From a virus (Duplodnaviria > Caudoviricetes): a stretch of 64,000 bases of DNA. The DNA is taken from IMG/VR virus record IMGVR_UViG_2568526092_000002, positions 1 through 64,000 of that record. One strand, given 5' to 3'. The notes below the pieces were generated by a model. That model saw nothing but the letters and a program-made list of their open reading frames with translations. It was not told the origin of the DNA and ran no database searches. Shown in pieces: positions 27,826 through 37,238 of the stretch (position 1 is the first letter of the stretch; each line of letters opens with the position of its first letter). Both the position numbers and the translations under genes were made by a program.

Positions 27826-28167
27826 CTGACCTTTTCATTCTGTTTGTGGCACGTTAATAAGTCACATAATAATCCGGTGTATATTGTGTGACTATAGACA
27901 ACGGGATGTGATGGAATAATGAATGATGTTGGGACGTTCCTACTCTACCTCCAAACAGATAAGAACTCGTCCGAATTGACCCTAGAAACCTCTGTTCCCA
28001 CATCTTCCTTCACAAATTTCGCCACCCACATGCATAACACTAGTTGTGACATGGCTCTTGTTCCGAATTATCTCGTTCACACAGAAATAGCCGCAACCAA
28101 GATTTATGCCAAAGTATCTCAGAAAAATGAGTAGGAAAAATAAGAAAGTTTCATCCTCTTGCAACTA

Positions 28168-28197
28168 CAATATAGGTAATTTCGGGCAAAAAATAAC
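28168..28197 (-). promoter_or_regulatory. Class II (putative late) promoter motif
   Basis: GTTATT-N17-TATATTG, upstream of the lysis cassette. Confidence 0.6.
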
Positions 28198-28219
28198 CCC
28201 TACCAAGTAAGGTAGGGGC
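28196..28219 (-). terminator. Intrinsic terminator
   Basis: GCCCCTACC-TTACTT-GGTAGGGGT followed by a T-run. Confidence 0.7.
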
Positions 28220-28226
28220 TTCATAA

Positions 28227-31200
28227 TTACATAATGAAGCAATATCCGTAGTCAGCAACTACATCAATTGTGGATACAAGGTCGTTACGGTACAGTACAT
28301 AAAGTTTCGATGGGACTGTACGGAATTGCCATGTCTCAATGAAGGAAGGGAGGTCTGATTTATCGCTCCGTCTTGCTACGATTCTACCGTTGAGGTCTTT
28401 GTCAGCACTTCTTCTGATAGTAATTGTAGCCTTCAGGTCAGCCTTTTCAGTTCTCCTTACGGTGATTGTACAATCTAGCAAGTCACTCTTTTCCAAGACT
28501 TCAAGACGCATAGGGGTTTCAGAGAAAGCACTTCTGCGTACAGTGATTTTGGAATTAAGGACTTTCCACTGGATGGTGTTGATCCTACCTCCAATGTCGC
28601 TGTTGTCTCTTCTCCGTACCGTAATCTTGCAGGTCTTTTCGGACATGCTCGAACGCCTTACGGCTAGTTGCGAGTTCAGGTCAGAACTGAAGAGAACGTA
28701 AATGCTGGAATCAAGGTCAGCATCAGCAACAGGAATAATGAATACCTTGCCTGTCATTTTATTTAATGCAGGTACACCTAACGTATTCGGCAGGTCTTCG
28801 TTCTTTCTGTAGACGATGCTTGCGTTCGCAGGAAGGTCGCTCTTCCCTTTAGCCCGCACTTTCAGGCTAGAAGGAATGTTGTACTCAGCGTTCAGTACAA
28901 CTTGGATGCTTCCCACGATATCAGATGCAGGTGAGATTTCAATACTTCCGTCAAGGTCGGTCTGTCCAACAGGGATGAAGTCAACGTGACCTGTCATCGT
29001 GTTGTCGAATCGTACACCGATTGTCGAAGGGATAGTATATCTCATTACAGGGACAATGACGGACACTAGGTCACTAACTCCGTGTCTAACGACCGTCAGG
29101 CTACCGCCCACATCGTGGTCTGCCCAATTCCTTACTCCGATAGTCCCGACGAACTGTGACCATTCTTGTACTTGCAGTGTAGTTGGAATCTCAGAGATGA
29201 AACGATTCTTTACTCCGATTGTACCTTTCAGGTCTTTGTTTCCGTAAGCAGGTACGGCGATTACCGAAGCCAAGTTACCCGATATTACTTGAATGCTCGA
29301 AGGAATCATGCTTGCCCCTACTACATCTAAGGTCGAAACGATTTCATTCATGTACTTAACGAATACCTTAGAACCTAAGTCTTTGCTATCCTTGAACATT
29401 ACGTTAATGGTTGACCGCAGGTCTTTGTTAAGCACTACGTTAACTACGCCCGCAAGTTCAGGTCTGCTTACAATCAAGCCGCCGCCAAGGGATTGCTCTG
29501 CATCGACTTTGACCTTAACAATAGAAGTAACGTCTGAGCGGTCAGTGACTTTAATGCTTGACTGAAGTATGTCCCTACTTACCGTAATACCCGCCGCTAG
29601 TTCACCTTGACCGAATGCGTTGACCGTAATAGAAGCGTCAATGTCGGCAGGGAGAGTAACTTCAAGGCTAGAAGGTAAATTAGGTCTGCTTACTTCGAGA
29701 GTCACAGGCAGGAACTCGAACCAAGTCGGATTGACCGTTAGTTTCGATGGCAGTACTTCCGCATTGGATACGTAAAGCGTACTGCCCAAGCTGTAACCTA
29801 CTACGACGAGCGCAGAAGGGATTTCAGCTTGCCCTATACCCATTACCATTACTTCAGAGTAAAGGTCTCTGTTGACCCCTACGTTGACCGTAACGCTTCC
29901 GTCTATGCCCTCTTCCACGTTGTGACGAACTGTGATGCTGGAAGGCAGGTCACCATTCTCAGAAGGTTTGGCTGTTATCGAGCCGCCCAAGTTCGGTCTG
30001 GAAACCGTTACCTGAGTGGTTAAGTCTTCAGCATTCTCCCCACGAACCGTAAAGCGCAATTCGATATCGTTGTGCGGGAGAACAGTCAGGGATGCAGGTC
30101 TCTCTTTTACATTGACTACCAGCCAAGAGAAGAAGTCTTGCTCCGTCCAAACTCTTACGCCGACCGTCGAAGGAAGGTCTACTCTGTTTTTAACGTAAAA
30201 GCTGATTGGGAGGTCAGGCTTGCTTACTGACATTCTGCCGTCAACCTTACTAAGAGACTTGTTAGATACTCCCAAGCTAGACGGGATATCAAGTTGGTCA
30301 CGGTACATGGCAGTGATACTCGAAAGCATATCAGGTCTGCTCACGTTAGCTACGCCTGTGAACTCATTGTTACGAGTTACCTCAAGGGATGCAGGAATGC
30401 CTAATTCCAACCAAGCTGGTTTTCTAACTCTAATCCTAGACGACAAGTTCTTACGGGAAGGTACTCGAACGCTAGAGTCGATATTAGAACGTCCAAAACT
30501 CCATACAGCAGGGTCAAAGTATGTGACCACTAACTGAGGGGCTAGGCTTGCTTCTTTGGAGAAGAAGTACTCGTAGTTAGGTTCGGATTCGTCAGCCGCC
30601 ATCAAGTAGAAGTCAACTAAGTTGTTTCCTACTGTGTACTGCTGTTCGATGAAGTCTGTCACATCGAATGTTACGTGTCCGTCTACAGTGTTTACCGTGT
30701 AGGAGTTGGAGATTTCAGTCCCAATGTTCGGACGGTTGTCCCATGTCACTCCTGTTTCCGACCAGCTTCCGTCTACTGCGAACAGCTTCAGATTCTTAGT
30801 CGGTACTTGACCGTAAACCATACGGAGTTCAACCTTGTCGATATCATAGCTTGATTTCAGGCTAGAGATATCAAATCCTAACAGGGAGCGAAGCACCTTG
30901 TCCTTGTAACTACCTACTGCGAAAGTTGTCTCTTCACCGTAGTTGAGAGTCGGAACGTCTTCCCTTACATAAGCGTCTTTGACAGTATCCAGAACAACCT
31001 CTTCACGGATTGGTAAAGTGATATCCACAATACCTGTCATTTTGTTCGTAGGCGTGACTCCCATGATACTAAGGAGGTCTCTAGCCCCGCCCTTCACTAC
31101 GTCGATTTCGGATTCGAGGTCGCTGTGAACACGAATCTTAGCAAGGATTTTAGAAGGGATTTCGCTTTGTGCAGGGTACATGACTTTGATTTTACTGTTC

Positions 31201-34200
31201 AGGTCTGTGCGACTTGGGACAATAACGCTACCCGCTAGGTCATCGTGCCACAAAATGAACATACTAGAATCAATATCGGACTGTGCTTCTCTACGGACGG
31301 AGATTCTACCGTTCAGGTTTCTTACAATCCAAACATTGACTTTACCTGTCAGGTCTTCGTTTTCGGTTCTCATTACCGTAATCTTAGATTCTATGGACTT
31401 TTCAAAGAACTGACGTACTGTAATACTTCCGTCAATCGTGTCGTATTGAACAACTTCGATGGCAGAGTCAAGGTCACTTGCCATACGCACCCTAACGGTA
31501 AACTCACCGTCAATATCGACGTTCCCGTAGGCAGGGACTTCAATCCTACTAAACAGGTATCCAGAGTTTACTTGGATGCTGGACGGCAACATGCTTGCCC
31601 CTACAATGTCCATCTCAGCCAAAATGTCTTTTCTGAACGGTACGATGATTTTGGATTTAAGGTCTTTATCAACGGTACGTCTGACTGTGATACTTCCTGT
31701 GATCTCACTGTGGATAATCGGGAAGATTAACCCTTTCAAGTCAGGTCTGGATACTGCCGCCTGTCCTGTTAGTTCACTTCTGTCAGCCCGTCTTGCTGTA
31801 ACCATGCCATCCAAATCACTGCGGAATCTGACGTAAACTGAAGAGTTAAGGTCAGGTCTGGATACCGTCAGGCTAGAATCCTTTGTGCTGTCGTTCGTGT
31901 GCCTTACAGAGATGCTACCCTTGTAGTCGATGTAAGGGTTGACCTCAATCGTGCCGAGTAACTGGTACTGGTTGGCAACGATGCTTGAAACAATGTCAGT
32001 GTCTTCGCCGCCCCTTGCAATCATCACAGAGTCTAGGTCACTACGATTCAGGACTTCAATCGTACCAAGTTTATTACGCTCACTTACAATGAACTGCGCT
32101 GTCAGGTCTTCGTCCACTGTACGCATTACCTTGATTGTACCAACTTTGTCGATGTACGGTCTTACGTAGACGGTGGCAGGACGCTCTTTAACGGTTACAA
32201 TTGCCCACCCGTAAAGGTTGTCGTCACCCCATACTCGAACACCTAGCTTCGACGGAGTGTCTTTTCTGTTGGCTACGTAAAGAGTCTGTTTCAGGTTTGG
32301 TCTGGATACCGTAATGCTACAGTTCTCAAGGTCGTTCAGGTCTGCTTCCCGTACCGCCACTTTGGAAGTCAGGTCGCTCCAAGTCCCTACTCTTACGATA
32401 CCTTTACCTTGCAGGTTTGGTCTGGAAAGCATCAAACGGGAAGGAAGGTTCTCGAACCGATTACCTGAAGGTGTGACCGTTATTTTCGAGGACATGTCGT
32501 TCTTATCGGATTTCTTGAATACATTAATCTTGGACGACCAATCTTTTGTACGTGGATACATTACCAAGATGCTAGTATCAATTCCAGAACGTCCGGTGCT
32601 TCGGATTACTTCATCAAAGTACGTGTATTCGATGGATGGTGCTAAAGATACCCCTGCATCCATTGAGAAGAACTGAGACGATTCGTCAGCTTCGTTTACC
32701 GCCCGAACGTAGAAGTCTACGATGTTCTTACCTTCAGCCTTAGCTTTCAGGATGTATTCGGTGATATCAAAGGTGATGAAGCCTTTCTCTACGTCTGCTG
32801 TAAAGTCTCCTTGGCTTACTACATCGCCAGCATTGGGTTGGTTGTTCCAAGTTACTCCGAACTCTGACCAATCGCCTGTTATGGCTCTTAGTTCGAGTGG
32901 GTATGTTGGGGTACGACCGATGGAATGCTTAAGCTTCATTGAGACTTTTTCAATCTTGTAATCGTCGGACATGCCCAAGATATTCGTGATATCGAAACCT
33001 ACAAGGCTTCGGAATATCTCTGTACGAGTGGCACTGTACCCTGCGACCAACGTCTGTTCCCCGCCATAGTTCAGCTTAGGGTACGCTTCACGAATGAAAG
33101 CGTCACGTTTCGCAGTTAGTGTGTCTGTTACTCTCGTAGGCTGTTGAATGTCTACGATTGCGGTCATCCTATTGGAAGGAGTTACACCCAAGGTCATCGG
33201 CAGGTCAGAGACTTGCTTTACGTTCACCTCAGAGGTTACGTCACTATCCCCCGTGCCCCAAATGTCAGTTCTACCTGTCATCGAGTTCCGTAAGCGGACA
33301 CCAATTCTACCACCAATAGCGGACTCACTAACACCCATTGTGAAGATACTGCCGCCTATTTCCTCTGTTCCCTGACCGAAGATATCGACCGTGCCTTCCA
33401 TTGTGTTCAACTCTCGAACGGCAATCTGAGATTTAAGGTAGCTGTCGCCCTTCCTCTTGACGCTCACTTTCGAGCCGAGGTCAGCTTCCCTCACGCCCCA
33501 TATAAACGATGTACCGTCCATTGTGTTCGTCTCAGTTACGGAAATCTTAGAGGGTAGATAGGAATGACTAGGTACTGCTAATGTACTCTCCAGGCTAGAG
33601 CTTACGACAGGCTGTATAACCCCTGCCATGTCACTGCTACCACTTTCACTGACTGTAAAGAAGGCACTAAATTCATTCCGGTAAGGCACATTAAGCGAAG
33701 AAGTAACGTCAGATACCTGCTTGACATTTATAGAACTTGCTAAATTACTTACGGGAATTATGCCTTCCCATGTGTAGCCACTTAAACCACTACTATCCAT
33801 TACATCAATAGTGATGGAATTGATAAGGGAAGTGTAATTACTCTCAGGCACAGTGTATGAAAAGTTGTAAGGCGTTGCTTGCAGTTTGCTCCAATCCATT
33901 ACTACCACGCCGTTGACAGAAATCCTGTATTTGGAGTTGCCGTTAGCGGGGTCTGTTACTGAGCCGCTTACGTTGCCTTCGTTGTCCACTGTTGATGACA
34001 CAACAGGCGGGAGTTTCAGGAATGTAAGGACTGCCTTACCACCACCTAAGTTACTACCTGTTGTTGATGTACTGCCAAAAAGCGTAAGGTCAATGTAGTT
34101 GTGACCACCTGCACCGCCACCACCTCCACCGCCCGATGCGGCGTACCAGTCTCCGGGAGTAGCAGAAGCACCGCCACCGCCACCTGCACCGCCACCGCCA

Positions 34201-34793
34201 TCATAATCAGTCGCACCGCTGTTTCCAACCGAACCTGTACTGCCCTTGCCGTTGTAGTAGGATTCAGAACCACCTACACCGCCAGAACCGCCACCATGTG
34301 GAAATACGCCACTTGCTCCACCTGCACCTGCTGAACCTCTATATGATATGCTACCGCCGACTCCGTTTGTCCCACCAGAGCCAGCGTTACCTCCCGTGCC
34401 GCCAGTACCACCTGCGGCAGTTCCTCCACTGTGCCCTGCCGCCCCTCCGTTACCTCCACGTCCACCGCCACCACCTGCGGCAATTATGACGGAACTACCT
34501 CTCTTGACATAAGTCCCACCTGCGCCGTTTGTGCCGCTACTACCGGGACTAGCAGTACCGCCACTAGCTTTACCTGAGCCGCCACTACCGCCGCTACCAC
34601 CATTAGATTGACTGCCTACTGTAATAGCTAAGACTTCACCTTTGGTGAGGTTTATTTCCCCTTTTACGCAGCCGCCACTACCGCCGTTCGTACTACCTGC
34701 TCCGCTTAACTCTATTAAATAACGTCCGCTATTGGGTACTGTCCAAGATGACGTAGTGGACGTAAAATTAAACTTATCACCGACGACTGCCAA
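28227..34793 (-). CDS. Giant fibre-like adhesin: Gly-rich head, Ig-like unit, two DNRLRE (CBM96-like) domains, many ~14-aa repeats
   Basis: GGGGG-rich N-terminus; DAFIRE..P.LNYG..RSLVGFDI and DAYVRE..PTLNYG..RSLLGFDI; repeats of type DL.S.I.V; 2188 aa. Confidence 0.75.
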   Translation of the reverse strand: MAVVGDKFNFTSTTSSWTVPNSGRYLIELSGAGSTNGGSGGCVKGEINLTKGEVLAITVGSQSNGGSGGSGGSGKASGGTASPGSSGTNGAGGTYVKRGSSVIIAAGGGGGRGGNGGAAGHSGGTAAGGTGGTGGNAGSGGTNGVGGSISYRGSAGAGGASGVFPHGGGSGGVGGSESYYNGKGSTGSVGNSGATDYDGGGGAGGGGGASATPGDWYAASGGGGGGGAGGHNYIDLTLFGSTSTTGSNLGGGKAVLTFLKLPPVVSSTVDNEGNVSGSVTDPANGNSKYRISVNGVVVMDWSKLQATPYNFSYTVPESNYTSLINSITIDVMDSSGLSGYTWEGIIPVSNLASSINVKQVSDVTSSLNVPYRNEFSAFFTVSESGSSDMAGVIQPVVSSSLESTLAVPSHSYLPSKISVTETNTMDGTSFIWGVREADLGSKVSVKRKGDSYLKSQIAVRELNTMEGTVDIFGQGTEEIGGSIFTMGVSESAIGGRIGVRLRNSMTGRTDIWGTGDSDVTSEVNVKQVSDLPMTLGVTPSNRMTAIVDIQQPTRVTDTLTAKRDAFIREAYPKLNYGGEQTLVAGYSATRTEIFRSLVGFDITNILGMSDDYKIEKVSMKLKHSIGRTPTYPLELRAITGDWSEFGVTWNNQPNAGDVVSQGDFTADVEKGFITFDITEYILKAKAEGKNIVDFYVRAVNEADESSQFFSMDAGVSLAPSIEYTYFDEVIRSTGRSGIDTSILVMYPRTKDWSSKINVFKKSDKNDMSSKITVTPSGNRFENLPSRLMLSRPNLQGKGIVRVGTWSDLTSKVAVREADLNDLENCSITVSRPNLKQTLYVANRKDTPSKLGVRVWGDDNLYGWAIVTVKERPATVYVRPYIDKVGTIKVMRTVDEDLTAQFIVSERNKLGTIEVLNRSDLDSVMIARGGEDTDIVSSIVANQYQLLGTIEVNPYIDYKGSISVRHTNDSTKDSSLTVSRPDLNSSVYVRFRSDLDGMVTARRADRSELTGQAAVSRPDLKGLIFPIIHSEITGSITVRRTVDKDLKSKIIVPFRKDILAEMDIVGASMLPSSIQVNSGYLFSRIEVPAYGNVDIDGEFTVRVRMASDLDSAIEVVQYDTIDGSITVRQFFEKSIESKITVMRTENEDLTGKVNVWIVRNLNGRISVRREAQSDIDSSMFILWHDDLAGSVIVPSRTDLNSKIKVMYPAQSEIPSKILAKIRVHSDLESEIDVVKGGARDLLSIMGVTPTNKMTGIVDITLPIREEVVLDTVKDAYVREDVPTLNYGEETTFAVGSYKDKVLRSLLGFDISSLKSSYDIDKVELRMVYGQVPTKNLKLFAVDGSWSETGVTWDNRPNIGTEISNSYTVNTVDGHVTFDVTDFIEQQYTVGNNLVDFYLMAADESEPNYEYFFSKEASLAPQLVVTYFDPAVWSFGRSNIDSSVRVPSRKNLSSRIRVRKPAWLELGIPASLEVTRNNEFTGVANVSRPDMLSSITAMYRDQLDIPSSLGVSNKSLSKVDGRMSVSKPDLPISFYVKNRVDLPSTVGVRVWTEQDFFSWLVVNVKERPASLTVLPHNDIELRFTVRGENAEDLTTQVTVSRPNLGGSITAKPSENGDLPSSITVRHNVEEGIDGSVTVNVGVNRDLYSEVMVMGIGQAEIPSALVVVGYSLGSTLYVSNAEVLPSKLTVNPTWFEFLPVTLEVSRPNLPSSLEVTLPADIDASITVNAFGQGELAAGITVSRDILQSSIKVTDRSDVTSIVKVKVDAEQSLGGGLIVSRPELAGVVNVVLNKDLRSTINVMFKDSKDLGSKVFVKYMNEIVSTLDVVGASMIPSSIQVISGNLASVIAVPAYGNKDLKGTIGVKNRFISEIPTTLQVQEWSQFVGTIGVRNWADHDVGGSLTVVRHGVSDLVSVIVPVMRYTIPSTIGVRFDNTMTGHVDFIPVGQTDLDGSIEISPASDIVGSIQVVLNAEYNIPSSLKVRAKGKSDLPANASIVYRKNEDLPNTLGVPALNKMTGKVFIIPVADADLDSSIYVLFSSDLNSQLAVRRSSMSEKTCKITVRRRDNSDIGGRINTIQWKVLNSKITVRRSAFSETPMRLEVLEKSDLLDCTITVRRTEKADLKATITIRRSADKDLNGRIVARRSDKSDLPSFIETWQFRTVPSKLYVLYRNDLVSTIDVVADYGYCFIM

Positions 34794-34810
34794 TTTTTAT
34801 CACATCCGTT

Positions 34811-34849
34811 CCCATTGTATTGAGAAGTTACCTGCCCATTGTATTGAGA
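34811..34849. repeat. 15-bp direct repeat in the leader of the giant adhesin
   Basis: CCCATTGTATTGAGA at 34811-34825 and 34835-34849. Confidence 0.8.
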
Positions 34850-34857
34850 CATAGAAA

Positions 34858-34890
34858 AGCCCTTACCACCATTATAAGATAGTAAGGGCT
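34858..34890. terminator. Hairpin (terminator-like) carrying a class II -10 in its loop
   Basis: AGCCCTTAC...GTAAGGGCT. Confidence 0.55.
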
Positions 34891-34899
34891 ATTCCTAGC
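34870..34899 (-). promoter_or_regulatory. Class II (putative late) promoter motif
   Basis: GCTAGG-N17-TATAATG. Confidence 0.55.
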
Positions 34900-37213
34900 T
34901 TTTTCTTGGGTCAGCTTTGACTAGTATATCGAACATCCCGCCCCACATTGCTTGACGATTAGTAGCTATACGAACATAGAAGCTAATCTTTGCATTGTGG
35001 TCTAACTGCTCTACATAGACAAGCTGAGGACGTGGCTCAAAGGGAGCGTCCAGCTTACTTACTTCAGCCTTGGCGTTGACCCCATCAAGTTCTCTTTGGT
35101 CAACCCAAAGCCTGACGTTCTCTACGGGGTATCCAAGGGTGTTCTTGACGTACACCCTCTCTGCCGCTGTCGTCTGCCCCGCCACCATTGTACCGAAGTC
35201 AAGGTACTTTAGCACATCTCCGAAGTCGTCTGAATAGAACGACTCTGCCGCATCACAGAACAACAACCCTGAGTACACGCCCATGAAGGTAATGTCCAGC
35301 GACTTCGAGCCGCCCAATTCATCCAACGTTTCAATACGGACAGTGTTGCTCTTGCCCTTATTTACTTTCGTTTTCGGAATGACATACTGGATTGTCAATG
35401 GTACTGGATTGTAGCCCGTGTACCCATTCTCAGGGTAAAGCTGTGTCCCGTTCAGGAGGATTCTGTATTGCACCTTATCTGTGTCGGGGTCTGTGACCTG
35501 AGCGTTGATAAAGTTACCAAGAACTGTGCCTGTGATTGTAGGTGCGGTGTTTGTCTTGATGATTACCTGCGTCCACGTGGTTAGTGTGCCCAAGTCATCC
35601 TGCACTTCAATCTTGAGAGTGTTCGCCCCCACGTTGAAGTCTGCGTTGTTGATTACTAGCCCAATGTCAACAGGTGGAGGGGTTAGTTCTGTGAATCCTG
35701 TAATCGGATACTTCTGTATGTTATTCAGTAGCACACGGTACTGTACTCTATCCCCTTCAGGGTCGGATACTGTACCGCCAATCATGACGTTATCTTTGTG
35801 AATCTGAGCCGCAGATAATTCAGGAGAAGCTACAGGGGCAACATTAGTCTTCGTTGTAGTCCAAGCAATGGAGTCTGTAAGCCCTTGTGAGTCCTGCACC
35901 TCTAACATTACCATGTTACTTCCGAGATTAAAGTACGTATGCGATAAATCCTTAGTAAGAATGAAGTCCGTCAACTGCGAAGAAGTCCATCCAGATGAAG
36001 GGAATCTCTGTGTACCGTTAACCAAAACCCGATACGACACCAGGTCATTGGCTATATGTCCGATGGTAGTGACAAGCTGACAGTCTTCCTTATGAAATGA
36101 CGGTGTGATACTTGAGTCTGAGAAAGTGAATGAAACCTCACCGCCGCCCATAAGCCTACGAACGTCACTAGCCACATTCTGCCAAGCAACTACACCTGTG
36201 CTACTGTTGTTGTTCGTAGCAGTTCCCAACATACCGTAATAGTTGTACCCTACGCCCCTTACTTTACCATCGTTGTCCAGTACAAGAGTATAGTAGTAAC
36301 CCATAGCTACTTGCCTAACGTTGGTTGTGGCAAGCCTTGGAGTGTAGTTTATACTTCCAGATACATACCCCATCCCTAACTGCGCATAGTCATCGTTTCC
36401 GAATGTGTACAGCTTTGAATCGTTTGTTATCACGCCTGAGAAGTAGCCGCCGCAGACGACAGAGCGGCAGTTATCCATAATCTTGTGCGGTACTCCATAG
36501 AAGTTGTTTGTACCATTTCCTAGACTTCTACCCGTCTGCCCGTGGTAGTTATACCCCGTACCCCACACAGAACCGTCAGTTTTCAGGAATAGCGAGTGGT
36601 ATATGCCGCCATCTACCTGTCGAACGTCATCCATTACAAATGTGAACGAAAGCTTATTGCTTGCGTTATTAATCCCTAAACCACCGTACCCATTGTACCC
36701 TGTTGCGTATAGCTTATTTTGTTGGTCTATGATAAACGAGTGAGTGTATCCTGCCCCTACCCTCCGAATACCCGTTGCGACCTTCTGAGGGGTGTATGTG
36801 TCTGAAGTCCCACCATTGCCTAACTCCCCGTGAGCGTTGTACCCGAACGTGTATACATCACCATTGTTCTTTAAGGCAACGGTTTGCAGGTAGCCGCAAG
36901 CTACTTCTTTAACATCTGACATGACCTTTACAGGCGAATAGTTAGAGTTACCGTTCCTCCAACCTCTAGCATCCCCTAACTGCCCATAGTACCCGTATCC
37001 GAACGTGTACAAGTCGCCGTTCATTAGAAGTACTGCTGTATGGTAGTACCCTTCAGCGACCATCTTCACGTTGGACAGTGAAGTTAATCTTGTCTGTATA
37101 GGGTAGACGGAAGCACTACTAAATCCTAACTGACCGTGGCTGTTATATCCGAAGGTATAAGCATCACCGTTGTTCTTGATATATGATGAATGGAAAGCCG
37201 ACTGTGTACTCAT
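34895..37213 (-). CDS. RCC1-repeat beta-propeller adhesin with Ig-like units and shared C-terminal domain
   Basis: About 7 repeats of type GDVYTFGYNxHGQLG...V..VA.GY.HT; YRVLxNG Ig-like units; C-terminal FGTMVAG domain. Confidence 0.85.
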   Translation of the reverse strand: MSTQSAFHSSYIKNNGDAYTFGYNSHGQLGFSSASVYPIQTRLTSLSNVKMVAEGYYHTAVLLMNGDLYTFGYGYYGQLGDARGWRNGNSNYSPVKVMSDVKEVACGYLQTVALKNNGDVYTFGYNAHGELGNGGTSDTYTPQKVATGIRRVGAGYTHSFIIDQQNKLYATGYNGYGGLGINNASNKLSFTFVMDDVRQVDGGIYHSLFLKTDGSVWGTGYNYHGQTGRSLGNGTNNFYGVPHKIMDNCRSVVCGGYFSGVITNDSKLYTFGNDDYAQLGMGYVSGSINYTPRLATTNVRQVAMGYYYTLVLDNDGKVRGVGYNYYGMLGTATNNNSSTGVVAWQNVASDVRRLMGGGEVSFTFSDSSITPSFHKEDCQLVTTIGHIANDLVSYRVLVNGTQRFPSSGWTSSQLTDFILTKDLSHTYFNLGSNMVMLEVQDSQGLTDSIAWTTTKTNVAPVASPELSAAQIHKDNVMIGGTVSDPEGDRVQYRVLLNNIQKYPITGFTELTPPPVDIGLVINNADFNVGANTLKIEVQDDLGTLTTWTQVIIKTNTAPTITGTVLGNFINAQVTDPDTDKVQYRILLNGTQLYPENGYTGYNPVPLTIQYVIPKTKVNKGKSNTVRIETLDELGGSKSLDITFMGVYSGLLFCDAAESFYSDDFGDVLKYLDFGTMVAGQTTAAERVYVKNTLGYPVENVRLWVDQRELDGVNAKAEVSKLDAPFEPRPQLVYVEQLDHNAKISFYVRIATNRQAMWGGMFDILVKADPRKS

Positions 37214-37238
37214 TATTTAACCTCCCAATGACCGCCTA

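Noticed and set aside
27859-27894. Inverted repeat AGTCACATAATA...TATTGTGTGACT with a plus-strand TATATTG
   Set aside because: GTTA-to-TATATTG spacing is 21 rather than 17, so it is not a class II promoter; its function is unclear.
27982-28164. 60-aa ORF ahead of the lysis cassette
   Set aside because: No recognisable motif and weak RBS; may be leader sequence or a gene remnant.
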